Positions 11,641 to 22,898 of a stretch of DNA of 64,000 bases are shown here, in pieces. Numbering within the stretch: position 1 is the stretch's first letter; each line of letters opens with the position of its first letter. The notes beneath the pieces were generated by a model. It was not told the origin of the DNA. It worked only from the letters and a program-made list of their open reading frames with translations, and did no database searches. A program made the position numbers and the translations under genes. This DNA is from an uncultured Nitrososphaeraceae archaeon (GTDB taxonomy: Archaea > Thermoproteota > Nitrososphaeria > Nitrososphaerales > Nitrososphaeraceae), in the NCBI GenBank assembly GCA_963729045.1, contig CAVSMN010000011.1, positions 128,001-192,000 of the forward strand, read 5' to 3'.

Positions 11641-13395
11641 ATGTCTATTTTTTGGAATATAAAAGACAATGGCAAGGACAATGATCCAAAACGTGATGAA
11701 ACTCATGATGATGAAATAAAGAACAAGCATTACAAGAAAAGGTCCGAATCGTTTTTAAGATTTGATGACCTCGATCTTGAAAATATCCACATTAGAAATG
11801 ATGTATTGCTTGAGATTGCTACATTCTTATCTAGACGATGGTCAGACAGTAATAAATCAACCATTCATATTTCAAGAGAAGGTAAAATCTCAACTAATTT
11901 GGACAAGAATAGAATTGTCCTTCCGGGATTAGATTATTTCTATGGTAACATTTTTCAAAGGTATAGGCAATGGCGAACATTACTATGGTATGAATCAGTC
12001 AGATTAAAGTATTCATTTAAGATTTTTGATACCGACGTCGTCTTTGGATTTGTATTTAACATTTTAGAAACAAAACGGATAGAAATATTGGGATTGGAAG
12101 AATGGAAAGGCATGATAAAAGAAATTATATATTACGAGGGATTATCTTGGCACAACAAACCACTACTAAATTCACTTCATGGGAAGAATAAAGTGTTAGA
12201 AGCATTTTCTCAGTTCTTTTTAACAGGCTATATAAAGGGTGAACTATACGGTGGCGAAAATGAAAGGGTAATAAGTGCATCAAACTATGCACACGACATT
12301 CTAAGAGACTATATTAAGAAATTCAAGATTAATAATAAAACTTTTGACCCGATAAAGGATCAAAAGTGGCTAGAATATGAAACAAGACAGATAATTAAGA
12401 TACTTCAGGTTGATTCACTAATGTCAGTTCCACCCATCCCGATTGTTATGCCAAAGAGCAAAGTGGGGCTTTCTATGAAGCAGGAGGAAGTTTTATCACA
12501 AATTGAAAAGCTTGTGAGGATAAAAACTAAAGAGTTAGAAATAGAGAAACTAAAAAAAGAAATTGTCCAAGGCGATGATATCAATGAAGAGTTTAGAATA
12601 ATAGTTAATGAGAGCAAAAAAAATGATAATAAAGGTTTTGAATCAACTGAAAACCTTTCCATTGCAATTCCAGACAACCTGGGGGTTGATGAAACTGCCA
12701 TTTACGATTTTGATCTAATTAATAAGGTGAAAACGGCTCTCAAGGAATGGAGAAGCGGATGGAAAGAAAAATATGATTTTAGTGGAGACGAAATAGAAAT
12801 TGAAAATTACATTGAAAAGCAGCCAAAAATTTTTATCAGTGATAAGAAAATTGCAATAAATGTAAAGATATCAGTGCTTTTGGATCTTTCAAGCAGTATC
12901 GAGGACAATGAAATAGAGTACAAAAAAGCCACAGTAGCATTGTGTGAAGGATTAGAATATCTAGGAATTAAGTTTTCCATATATGCTTTTAATACTGAAT
13001 CTAGAATGGTTAAATGTTGGGTCATTAAACCCCCAACGGCAAGATGGGGATCCATATATGCAAGAAGACTAATGCAAGTAAAACCAATAGGAGGAACACC
13101 TTTGGCAGAAATCTACAAGATACTTCAGCCAAGCATCAGCGCCTTCAAACCAGATATTTTCGTAACCCTTACAGACGGCGAACCCGCTGATATGGATGCG
13201 GTACGTTCGATAGTTTTGTCATATAAAAGAAGCGGTGTGGAAATGATTGCCATCGGTCTGGGCTCGGATTTAGGAGATGCGATAGGAATTGGACATAATT
13301 TGAAATACCTTAACTATCAAAGAATTCTAACTTTATCAAAAAAGAGGTTGCAGGATTTACCAAAAAAAGTATTAGGACTTTTAACTACAGAATGA
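11641..13395 (+). CDS. von Willebrand A domain protein (CbbO/NorD-like partner)
   Basis: MIDAS DLSSS, GGTP, LTDGEP; directly downstream of the AAA+ gene. Confidence 0.85.
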   Translation: MSIFWNIKDNGKDNDPKRDETHDDEIKNKHYKKRSESFLRFDDLDLENIHIRNDVLLEIATFLSRRWSDSNKSTIHISREGKISTNLDKNRIVLPGLDYFYGNIFQRYRQWRTLLWYESVRLKYSFKIFDTDVVFGFVFNILETKRIEILGLEEWKGMIKEIIYYEGLSWHNKPLLNSLHGKNKVLEAFSQFFLTGYIKGELYGGENERVISASNYAHDILRDYIKKFKINNKTFDPIKDQKWLEYETRQIIKILQVDSLMSVPPIPIVMPKSKVGLSMKQEEVLSQIEKLVRIKTKELEIEKLKKEIVQGDDINEEFRIIVNESKKNDNKGFESTENLSIAIPDNLGVDETAIYDFDLINKVKTALKEWRSGWKEKYDFSGDEIEIENYIEKQPKIFISDKKIAINVKISVLLDLSSSIEDNEIEYKKATVALCEGLEYLGIKFSIYAFNTESRMVKCWVIKPPTARWGSIYARRLMQVKPIGGTPLAEIYKILQPSISAFKPDIFVTLTDGEPADMDAVRSIVLSYKRSGVEMIAIGLGSDLGDAIGIGHNLKYLNYQRILTLSKKRLQDLPKKVLGLLTTE

Positions 13396-13435
13396 TGCAA
13401 TCCCACGTTAATGCACCAAAATAACAATTAACAAA

Positions 13436-14101
13436 TTAGAATGCAAGATCAGGGTTTTCTTTTTCTAGTTTTTTCCAATCCGACAAGAATGAATCTAGAC
13501 CCTTATCTGTCAATGGATGGCGTATCATCTTGTCTAGGATGTCTGGCGGAAGTGTAACGACGTCTGCCCCCATTTTTGCCGCTTCGATCACGTGTAATGG
13601 ATGACGAACGCTAGCCACCAATAGCTGGGTTGAGATATCGTAGCTGGCAAATATTTGAACAATTTCACTTACCAGATTCAGACCCTCGGATCCAATGTCA
13701 TCTAATCGACCAATAAACGGACTTACATAAGTAGCTCCGGCTTTTGCAGCCAATAACGCTTGATTTGCAGAAAAAATTAGCGTCACATTAGTTTTTATGC
13801 CTTTTTTGGTGAGCGCATGCACAACTTTTAGACCATCCATGGTCATAGGAATCTTTACGACTACATTTTCCCCATACTTTGCTAATTTCAACGACTCTTC
13901 CATCATCTTATCAAAGTCAATAGCAACTACCTCAAGACTAACTGGCCCCTTCATAATTTCTACGATTTTTTTCATGGTCTTAATTGGGTTGCCTTTTTCT
14001 TTTGAAAGCAATGTTGGGTTAGTAGTGATACCATCTACTACTCCTAATTCATTGTATTTTTCTATAGATTCAACATTGGCAGTGTCAAGGAAGATTTTCA
14101 T
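13436..14101 (-). CDS. tal: transaldolase / fructose-6-phosphate aldolase family
   Basis: [42 protein letters not shown]. Confidence 0.93.
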   Translation of the reverse strand: MKIFLDTANVESIEKYNELGVVDGITTNPTLLSKEKGNPIKTMKKIVEIMKGPVSLEVVAIDFDKMMEESLKLAKYGENVVVKIPMTMDGLKVVHALTKKGIKTNVTLIFSANQALLAAKAGATYVSPFIGRLDDIGSEGLNLVSEIVQIFASYDISTQLLVASVRHPLHVIEAAKMGADVVTLPPDILDKMIRHPLTDKGLDSFLSDWKKLEKENPDLAF

Positions 14102-15090
14102 TTTTTTTCACCCTTTTTTAGAGCAACCACATTTTTTACTATTTCCCTTGGAGATAAGCCATATTTATCTAAAAGTGAATCGATTTCCTCGTCTCTTGCA
14201 GATTCACCATACCTGTCTCTAATGCCTATTTTTCTTACAAAAGTAGGGCATATTTCAGAGGTCACTTCTGAAATTGCAGAACCCAGTCCCCCTACTATAT
14301 TATGTTCTTCTATGGAAGCCAATGAGCCCGTTTCTTTCGTACATTTATAAATCAATTCAGAGTCTATCGGCTTGATAGAGTACATATCTACAACCCTACA
14401 AGAAATATTATGATCCTTTTTCAAGATTTCGCTTGCCCTCAGTGATGCTGAGACCATAGTTCCACAGGAAAATAAACTGATATCATTGCCATCTTTTATT
14501 ATGGTTCCCTTTCCAATTTCAAAGTTGGATTCTTCAGAATAGATTTCCTCAGTTGAAGGCCTAGCTAACCTTACATAGAATGGACCCGGAATATTCACTA
14601 TTTTTTCCAATAGTTTTTTGACTGAAATCGCATCGGCAGGTACCAAGACCCGCATATTTGGTAAAGATCTCATAATAGAGATATCCTCTATTTGTTGGTG
14701 AGACGCACCATCAGGTCCCACAGATAAACCTGCATGAGATACTACGATTTTCACATCTAGGTTGGGATAGCAAATCGCATTTCTAATCTGATCTAAACAC
14801 CTGCCTGGAATAAAAGCAGCATAAGTACTCGCGAAAGATACTTTACCCGCAATAGCAAGGCCAGCTGCGATTGAAACTAAATTAGCTTCGGCTATTCCAA
14901 CATTGAAGAGTCTATCAGGAAATTTTTCACCGAATTTTTTTGTTTTAAGTGAATCAGTAGTATCACCCCCTATGCATACTATGTTAGGATACTTTTTACC
15001 TAAATTTACAAGGCTATCTCCGTATGCGGATCGCATATCAGAAAATTTAATATCACTAGTAGTCAAATGGGTCAATTCATAGTTCACCAT
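14098..15090 (-). CDS. transketolase C-terminal subunit
   Basis: [26 protein letters not shown]. Confidence 0.92.
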   Translation of the reverse strand: MVNYELTHLTTSDIKFSDMRSAYGDSLVNLGKKYPNIVCIGGDTTDSLKTKKFGEKFPDRLFNVGIAEANLVSIAAGLAIAGKVSFASTYAAFIPGRCLDQIRNAICYPNLDVKIVVSHAGLSVGPDGASHQQIEDISIMRSLPNMRVLVPADAISVKKLLEKIVNIPGPFYVRLARPSTEEIYSEESNFEIGKGTIIKDGNDISLFSCGTMVSASLRASEILKKDHNISCRVVDMYSIKPIDSELIYKCTKETGSLASIEEHNIVGGLGSAISEVTSEICPTFVRKIGIRDRYGESARDEEIDSLLDKYGLSPREIVKNVVALKKGEKK

Positions 15091-15151
15091 TATACATTAT
15101 ATCTTTTCTTTCAATATCAAACATTTTTGCACCCTCGTCATTAGTGTTCAA

Positions 15152-16843
15152 TTATTTCGATAAATTAAATTGTTCTATTATGTTCCTACGACCCTTAATC
15201 CAATCTTCTTCAAGATTTAAAGCCCGGGATTCATCGAGCAAATTCTTTTCCAGGTAGGAATCGAGTAAAAACCTAGTTTCCCTAATTCTCTTGTCAACAT
15301 CGCTGTAACCAAATATTGCATTTCCCATTACAAATATTCTACAACCAGCATCAAAGCACTCAGTTATCGTCGACAGATCTATTCCACCATCGGCCTCAAA
15401 ATAGCCCTTAAATCCCCGCTCCCTTAGTAAAGGGATAGCCTTTTTCATTTTAGGTAAAACTTCCGGAATGAATTTTTGACCAGCAAAACCAGGATTTACA
15501 GACATTATTATAATTACATCAAGATTATCAAGGTAGGAGAAAATCCATTCGGGAATTTCGGTGCCAGGATTTATGGCTAGGCCAGGGCTAACACCACTTG
15601 ATACTAGTTTAGAATTGATCCTCTCAAATTCTTGTTCGTTACTACAAGCCTCTGCATGAACAGTTATAACATCACATCCGGCATCGATATAACGATCCAA
15701 GACTAAGTCAGGCTTTTGGATCATCAGATGAGCATCAAAGGGCAATCTGGTCCCATCACGTAATTTCTTGATAGTATCAAAGAAGAAGGTCGAGTTTGGC
15801 ACAAATATTCCATCCATCACATCTAAATGTATCATATCTGCACCGTATCGCTCGGCTGTTGCAATTTTCTGTTTCAAACTTTCCTCACTGGTTCCGTCAG
15901 CTCCTGCTATAATAGAAGGAGAAATCATATACTCCCCTTCCAGTTCCCTTACTAACAACGGTAAGTGTTTCTTTGAAGGGGCCTTCCCATGCCACTGAGG
16001 ATTGTTAGCCATATGTTTTATCCCGTTCCCTTTCACCGTATTTGCTATTATTATTTTGGGCTTATCGACAGGTCTTTTTAAAAGCTCAGGAATCAGCTGT
16101 TCAATCTTATGACCATTAATTTCAACCACTTCCCAGTTAAAGGAAAGCCATTTTTCTTTGATAGGGTCAATTGGCATAATCTCCTCGGTAAATCCATCTT
16201 GCTGAATCTTATTTCTATCCAATATGGCAATAAGGTTATTAAGTTTGAATTTAGCAGCAGCCATTGACGCTTCCCATATCTGACCTTCGTTAGTCTCGCC
16301 ATCACCCAGTAGACAGTACACCATATTGTCTCGCTTGTCAAGCTTATTAGATAGGCATATCCCAATTGAGACAGAAAGACCTATACCTTCAGACCCCCCA
16401 GAATATTCAATTCCCGGCACGCTGTGATGCTTTTGCATTTCGCTATATCTTACAGGATGGCCTTGTAAACGTGAATTCAATTTTCGTAAAGTCTTGATTT
16501 CTTCCTTTGGGAAAGATCCAGCAAGGGATAAAGTAGCATAATATCCAGGTGCCGAATGAGCCTTTGAATTGATGAAATAGTCTCGATTAGGATTAGAGGG
16601 ATGTTTAATATCATTATTCATTATCTGAAAATAAAGACAGCCCATAATCTCTGCAGCTGAAAAAGATGCTCCAGGATGTCCAGATCCTGCTTCTGCGATG
16701 CCAGTTAAGGCTATAGTACGTAATTCTTTAAGTTTTTCCTTTAATTTCAAATACCTATTTATCTTATACATATTATCATCAAACTCTTCATCCTTGGCAT
16801 GCCCACCACTCCATTTCAAACATCTCCGTATAATAGTTTTCAA
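15152..16843 (-). CDS. fusion: transketolase N-terminal (TPP-binding) + ribulose-phosphate 3-epimerase
   Basis: SGHPG, LQGHP, GDGETNEG (TPP motif), then ISPSI, IHLDVMDGIFVPN, DAHLM, MSVNPGFAGQKF, EADGGI in a single frame. Confidence 0.9.
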   Translation of the reverse strand: MKTIIRRCLKWSGGHAKDEEFDDNMYKINRYLKLKEKLKELRTIALTGIAEAGSGHPGASFSAAEIMGCLYFQIMNNDIKHPSNPNRDYFINSKAHSAPGYYATLSLAGSFPKEEIKTLRKLNSRLQGHPVRYSEMQKHHSVPGIEYSGGSEGIGLSVSIGICLSNKLDKRDNMVYCLLGDGETNEGQIWEASMAAAKFKLNNLIAILDRNKIQQDGFTEEIMPIDPIKEKWLSFNWEVVEINGHKIEQLIPELLKRPVDKPKIIIANTVKGNGIKHMANNPQWHGKAPSKKHLPLLVRELEGEYMISPSIIAGADGTSEESLKQKIATAERYGADMIHLDVMDGIFVPNSTFFFDTIKKLRDGTRLPFDAHLMIQKPDLVLDRYIDAGCDVITVHAEACSNEQEFERINSKLVSSGVSPGLAINPGTEIPEWIFSYLDNLDVIIIMSVNPGFAGQKFIPEVLPKMKKAIPLLRERGFKGYFEADGGIDLSTITECFDAGCRIFVMGNAIFGYSDVDKRIRETRFLLDSYLEKNLLDESRALNLEEDWIKGRRNIIEQFNLSK

Positions 16844-16885
16844 ATGTCAAATAAATAAAAAGGTAGCTTCGTTTAGAAAACGATT

Positions 16886-17221
16886 TTACATTTTTGTTCC
16901 AATACTAGACAAAATCGATTCCATATCTCTCTTCGTAAGCCCTATTCCCATTTTGGCATCTCTACGATCCTTTATTGTATTTTTAGAGAAGGCGATTAAG
17001 GTCGGTACTGCGTTGATACCATATTTATCCCACAATGGGTTTTCATCCTCGTTTATTTTTACAGCACCAAAAAGAATATTATTATCGCTCAAGGTTTTAA
17101 CTGAATTTTCAAATATAGGTATGAAACTTTTACAATAATAGCACCAATCAGCATAAAACAAAATTAAGGAATTTTCACCACTCGTGGCGGAGTCAAGTTC
17201 GGCCTGGTTAAAGTCTTTCAT
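16886..17221 (-). CDS. thioredoxin-family protein
   Basis: FYADWCYYC and VPTL cis-Pro motif. Confidence 0.85.
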   Translation of the reverse strand: MKDFNQAELDSATSGENSLILFYADWCYYCKSFIPIFENSVKTLSDNNILFGAVKINEDENPLWDKYGINAVPTLIAFSKNTIKDRRDAKMGIGLTKRDMESILSSIGTKM

Positions 17222-17534
17222 ACTGTAATTTTGTAGATGTATGGTAAAAAATATTTGCAAAAATGACCTGTGGTAATTGTCGTTCTAATTACGGTTGGTT
17301 GTTTGGCTGATTCATAGTAGCTGATTATCTTTTGATATAGATAAAAAATTTGCACCAGAAAATCACAATCTTCTACTAAAAAAAAGAGAAATGTTTACAC
17401 CATTATTGCTATATCTGCCATTCTCATTTTATGCTAATTGATTAAAGTAAAAAGGTAGGAAATGCACTGGTTGACATGATTATCTTAAAAAACGCAACAT
17501 ATCATCCAAAAACCTTTTATTTTTTTCTTGTTTG

Positions 17535-17774
17535 TTATCTTATTGGTTTACCGAAATCATCGTTATCTAGTGCGCCTTTGAAAACTTTATCATAACATGC
17601 TTCTGCATTGTCGACCGAGAAAGATCCATTATGGTTGGCAGCTCTTGTAACACAATTAAAATACCTAGTTAAAGCGTTAGCTGGTTCAACGACCATTAAT
17701 TGTGCCAATATCAATACCGAGAAAACAATACATGATATTTTTAAAGCAGTTTTTAAATTTTGGTTCATGATCAT
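17535..17774 (-). CDS. small exported protein
   Basis: Signal-peptide-like N-terminus (ANA cleavage), two Cys in the mature part. Confidence 0.55.
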   Translation of the reverse strand: MIMNQNLKTALKISCIVFSVLILAQLMVVEPANALTRYFNCVTRAANHNGSFSVDNAEACYDKVFKGALDNDDFGKPIR

Positions 17775-17780
17775 TGCAGA

Positions 17781-18116
17781 TTATTCGCCTCCGAATTCGA
17801 TATCTTCATCACTATCATCATCCAGTGGTGCGCTTCCCAAAAGAATTTCATCATAACAACTTTTTACTTCATGTTTGGTTGGTTCCTTTTCAAAGTATGA
17901 ATCTTCGTCAGCCCCTTTGCTTGAATCTATTTTTTCATCAATGCAGTCATAAAATTGTGGTAATCCGCTATCTAAGGTTTGGTTTCCACTATTAATTTCT
18001 ATCAAATCCACGGCCTGAGAGTACGCCTTCTCTGTATGCAGTGGGGTTCCTGCGATACTTGAAACGGTAATCATAAGGGCTGAAAATACTAACGAATTTA
18101 TCCAGAGATATTTCAT
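17781..18116 (-). CDS. small exported protein
   Basis: Hydrophobic N-terminus, AYSQ motif, two Cys (FYDCI...SCYD), acidic tail. Confidence 0.6.
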   Translation of the reverse strand: MKYLWINSLVFSALMITVSSIAGTPLHTEKAYSQAVDLIEINSGNQTLDSGLPQFYDCIDEKIDSSKGADEDSYFEKEPTKHEVKSCYDEILLGSAPLDDDSDEDIEFGGE

Positions 18117-18727
18117 CCTACAAAAAGTTAGAAATAAATTATTTAACCCATTCTACAAAATACTCCAAATGAATCCTCAAGAACAAAGTATGTTCAGTAT
18201 TTCAAATGCCACTCAAACTTTAACCAAGAGACTCTAAAATACCAGTAGTTGTGTTGATTTTATGACGGGTTTACTCGAATATCAAAATATAACAACTATT
18301 TTCAGTTTTTTCAAGTCACAATGTTAAGTAAACCGGAGAAATATCTTCACAGTTTGAGAATCAGAAATATTTGACTACGGGAATAAGGCAATTGTTTTCA
18401 TCATCATAAAGAATTTTTGAAAAGGTAGGAGACCTCTTGTGTGAAAACCTTTTACAAATTAATAAATCCTTCAATATTAAATTTCGACTGATCAATGCAG
18501 GTCTTGTACTTTGTTATTTGTCATGATTAAGATAAGGTGAGATCATCAAGTCATCGCACGAGATCCCTTTGGTTGATAATATTTTAAAATCAAATAGATA
18601 TTGTGAATTCATAATATAACGAATTAAATCAAATTTTCAACCTAATCTTCTAGAAATGAAACACGCATGAGGTATAGAATATAAATATAATCATGATTAT
18701 AGTCTCATATTGATTTTTTTGTCCAAA

Positions 18728-20002
18728 ATGAAATATTTCTGGTTGATTATGATAGTTTTTACAAGTTTGGCAGTTATTCATTCCCCTCAAGCATTTGGTC
18801 AAAGTCAAAGCTTAGAACAACATCTAGGTTTGTTTGGCAATGGGAATAACTCATTGTTAAATGATATATTCAATAAAGTAAAAGATTCTGTGGTTCAAAT
18901 AAGTACAGAATATCAACCTACAGATCCTTCAAATAGATCTTACGATTCGACGGGTAATAGTCCATACGCAATGAAGTTTGGTTCTGGATTTGTTTACGAC
19001 AAATCAGGCACCATAATAACGAACTATCATGTTGTAAGCTCGGCAACTAACATAATAGTTACTTTCAACGATGGTAACAGCTATACTGCTAAAGTGGTTG
19101 GTGTAGATCCTTATGGAGATATATCTATATTGAAACTGGATAATCCGGTGGACGAAAAATTGATTCCAGTAACGTTATCAAACTCTTCTTCCTTAAAAGT
19201 TGGCGATCCGGTTTTGGCTATTGGTAACCCATATGGGCTCGATAATACTCTAACATTTGGTATTGTTAGTCAAATCGGTAGATTATTGCCAAACTCAGAC
19301 TTGGGTTACTCAATTCCCAATGTAATTCAGACAGATGCTGCTATTAATCCAGGCAATTCAGGAGGACCCCTGATAGACCTTGATGGTAAAGTCGTAGGCA
19401 TGAACACTGCGATATTTTCAAATACAGGAACTTACACAGGAGTGGGATTTGCGATTCCTTCAAATGATATCATTAGAATAATACCTCCTTTAATAAAAAC
19501 AGGTACTTACCAGCATCCCTGGTTAGGCATATCAGGATCAAAGTTATCACCCACTTTAGCTGAAATGTTTGGATTACCTCTTAATTACAAAGGTGTATTA
19601 ATTGAGGATGTTGTGCAAGATGGACCTGCGGACAAAGCAGGTTTGAAAGGAATGTTAATTCAAGGAAACAGATTTGGTGAACAACAAATACTAGATAAAG
19701 ATATTATAATTGCAATAGACAGCAATCCTGTTTCAAGAATTGATGATATAATTTCCTATTTAGACATTAACAAGAAGGTAGGAGACAAAGTGGATTTGAC
19801 CGTTAACCGTAATGGGCAAACAATAAACCTTGTCGCGAATTTAGAGGCCAGACCGAATTTGCCTTTGCAAGAGATTCAATCACAATCGGAACCCAATTAT
19901 GACAACCCCCAACCCTATACTCCGTTCCCAAATTTCAAACTACCACCGCTTCCAGAATTTAAACTCCCAGATTTACCTAATTTTAACATCCCTGGATTAT
20001 GA
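18728..20002 (+). CDS. HtrA/DegP-family serine protease with PDZ domain
   Basis: Signal peptide, TNYHVV, DIS, TDAAINPGNSGGPL, PDZ domain, Pro-rich tail. Confidence 0.93.
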   Translation: MKYFWLIMIVFTSLAVIHSPQAFGQSQSLEQHLGLFGNGNNSLLNDIFNKVKDSVVQISTEYQPTDPSNRSYDSTGNSPYAMKFGSGFVYDKSGTIITNYHVVSSATNIIVTFNDGNSYTAKVVGVDPYGDISILKLDNPVDEKLIPVTLSNSSSLKVGDPVLAIGNPYGLDNTLTFGIVSQIGRLLPNSDLGYSIPNVIQTDAAINPGNSGGPLIDLDGKVVGMNTAIFSNTGTYTGVGFAIPSNDIIRIIPPLIKTGTYQHPWLGISGSKLSPTLAEMFGLPLNYKGVLIEDVVQDGPADKAGLKGMLIQGNRFGEQQILDKDIIIAIDSNPVSRIDDIISYLDINKKVGDKVDLTVNRNGQTINLVANLEARPNLPLQEIQSQSEPNYDNPQPYTPFPNFKLPPLPEFKLPDLPNFNIPGL

Positions 20003-20188
20003 TATAATGGATAAATAACTACTTTAACTCCGAGCTTACATACTAATCATCTTGTTTGGGAACGACCTGATCAAAAATTATATAATTTAAGGATGGATTT
20101 TCTTTACGTGAAGTGCATGCATTAGATGGAAGTAGTTAGTTTAGATTTAGATTTATAAACCTTCATTTCTTTCATTTACAATGGATAT

Positions 20189-20947
20189 ATGTCTGTGCAG
20201 AAAGTGGCTTCAACCCCTCTTGTCAAAATAAACAATGTCAGTTACAGAAACGGCTCCGAAGTTATTTTAGATAATATATCCTTTGAAATAGATAGAGGAG
20301 ATTTCTTAGGTATTATTGGACCAAATGGAGCAGGTAAAACTACTCTATTTAAATGTCTGTTAGGGTTGAACAAAGAGTATACTGGCAATATAAGATTATT
20401 TGATAAAGATATAAGAAATCATGCAAAAGAGATTTATAAAAAGATAGGATACATCCCTCAGTCAAACAGTTTTGATCCCAGGTTTCCTGCTACAGTAAAG
20501 GAAATAATACAATTAGGTTCTGTCGGGGGGAAATCTTTTGATGAAAAAAAAGTTAAAGAATTGATAGAATTGACAGGTATAACGGAATATCTTAATAAAA
20601 GAATAGGCGATCTGTCAGGGGGACAACAACAAAGGGTCATGATAACTAAAGCACTTATCCACGATCCAGAATTACTGATATTAGACGAACCCGATACAGC
20701 TATAGATGCAGCTGTATTGAAATTATTTTACAAACTTTTGACAAAACTGAACAAGGAAAGAAAAATTACCATTATTTGGTCTTCACATGATCTAGATGCG
20801 GTGAGTTTGCTTTCAAATAAAGTGGCTTGTCTTTATCGGAAACTTTTTTTTCATGGAATTTCAGAAGACTTTTTTAGCAATGAAAGCAATCTCAAGACAT
20901 TTGCAGAATCATCGATGCACATCCACATAAAAAGCCATTCTCATTAA
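20189..20947 (+). CDS. Zn/Mn ABC transporter ATP-binding protein (ZnuC-like)
   Basis: GPNGAGKT, GYIPQ, LSGGQQQR, LILDEP, SHD, His-rich tail. Confidence 0.88.
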   Translation: MSVQKVASTPLVKINNVSYRNGSEVILDNISFEIDRGDFLGIIGPNGAGKTTLFKCLLGLNKEYTGNIRLFDKDIRNHAKEIYKKIGYIPQSNSFDPRFPATVKEIIQLGSVGGKSFDEKKVKELIELTGITEYLNKRIGDLSGGQQQRVMITKALIHDPELLILDEPDTAIDAAVLKLFYKLLTKLNKERKITIIWSSHDLDAVSLLSNKVACLYRKLFFHGISEDFFSNESNLKTFAESSMHIHIKSHSH

Positions 20948-21427
20948 TCATTTCATTCTTGGCTTTACTTTTTTTGGAATGACATTTCGAGGACAAAGGA
21001 AGATGGAAGAAGAGACAAGACGTAACATGTCTGCATAGTGGCTTTCACGCAAGTAGTTTTTTGAAACTTTTATTTACTTTATTTGAAAGTAACATAGAAT
21101 TTACTCAGATTCATAAGCATGATAATGAAAAAGTACATAGTTAGTTTTTGCGATCAGGAATTACCGATTTGCATTGAAGCGCCTTTATAATAATCAAGAA
21201 ATTTCAATAAATTGATATTTTAAGAAGAGCTGAAATAATTGAAAGTCAATAATCAGAATTTTTCATAATTAATAGAAGAATAATTTAGTCTTTTTAATTG
21301 ATGCTCATAAAACGGTATTTGGTCGTCAGGCTGAAGATGATAACACCGCTGGCTAATTCTGTCTAGGGACCAAGATAAAAGACATAATAACAATTTTACA
21401 TTTATCATATAAGGATTTACAATAGAA

Positions 21428-22028
21428 TTGAAAGAGAACGAAGCGTATGAGAATAAACCAAGCAAGACGAGAAGCATCACCTTTAGACTCGAAAGCTCAG
21501 TTATAGAAGAATTACAATTTGAAGCTGATTACAGAGAAACATCTTTGAATGTACTTATTAATCAGATTCTACGGAGATACTCCAACTGGGAGAGATACGA
21601 GAATAAAATTGGAATGATTCCAATCCCCAAGATAATACTGTCAAGTGTGATGGACCAAGTAATCAGAACAGGTTCTGAAAATGGAATTGAAGATATCTCA
21701 AAATTTAAGGAGTCTTTAGTAAAAGAACTTTCACAAATAGCCTTCAACTTTTTAAAGGATTCTGTGCTCCTCATAAAGAAAAATTATACTCTATTTTCAG
21801 TCTTAGAGGGTACTCGAACAGTATATGAAGGTAATAGGAATAAATTCAGATCACAGAATCGAAGAAGATGGAAAACACGTTTACGTTATACAGCATAAAT
21901 TAGGAGAAATGTGGTCTCTGTTCATCAAGGAATTCCTTATACTTATATTTGAAAATTTGGGTAAAGTTAAGGTGGATATATCAAGTACACCTAACACAAC
22001 CGTTGCGAAGGTATTCCTTAATTCCTGA
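21428..22028 (+). CDS. ribbon-helix-helix N-terminal domain protein (frameshift near 21810)
   Basis: SITFRLESSVIEELQFEA...SLNVLINQILRRY RHH pattern; overlapping ORFs 21428-21898 and 21825-22028 join into one. Confidence 0.65.
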
Positions 22029-22366
22029 TACATTATAAGTAGAAATAATGATATTATTGTACATTCCTCCAATCAATGCAAAGATATCAGACCAGTAAAA
22101 ATTTCTATTAATAGCAATTTATGGACTCGTGCTGCAGCCATATCCCTCCCCCCTTCATTGCCCCCTCATTGACATATGCCTGTTTCAAATCATTAGAAAG
22201 ACAATTCAAAACCATATAGTAGGAGGTCAATTGAGATTATTATCCTTTCATGACCATTGCAGATCTTTTATCAAAGATATAAGGAGCAAAAATTTTTGGG
22301 TTATTAGATATTCGTTAGTTAGTTATGACATTTTGATTTTTATAGGATAAGATTTTAAAAAAATCA

Positions 22367-22848
22367 TTGGTTTGGAGGGCGTACTACCTTATCAAGAAAG
22401 ACAACTATCTGAAAATTTCTACATTATTAATTTGTATATTTTCAGTTTTCGCAATAATATTAAACATTGAAGGAAGCAATTGTATTGTTCAAATCAATTC
22501 TTCACCCATATTTAGCAATAGTTCTAACGAAGATAAAGAGGTTGGTAATAATAGTGATTTCATAAATCAAGGAGCAGAGGTGAAACAACAACAGGGAGAT
22601 GACCCGCAACAGCAACAGCAACAGCAAGCAGCAACAGCAACAGGAGCAACAGCAACAGGATGCAAATACGCCAATCTCAAGAGGCGTTGATGCAGCAGTC
22701 CTATGAACTCCGAAAATATTGCTTTTTAGTGACAAATCTGTACGTATACTCCCTATTTGGAATCATAATAGGTTTCATAATACTTGTACTTTGGTATATA
22801 AGATACAAAAAAATTTGGTCTTGGAAGAAAAACGGCCCCATTAATTAA
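22367..22848 (+). CDS. membrane-anchored protein with poly-Gln tract (frameshift in the repeat)
   Basis: N-terminal TM, CAA/CAG repeat, C-terminal TM followed by basic residues in ORF 22660-22848. Confidence 0.5.
22605..22660 (+). repeat. imperfect (CAACAG)n microsatellite encoding poly-Gln
   Basis: gcaacagcaacagcaacagcaagcagcaacagcaacaggagcaacagcaacagg. Confidence 0.85.
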
Positions 22849-22898
22849 CCGATTTGAAATTTAAGAATTTCAAGCTATTTGCATAGATTTTTAAATAA

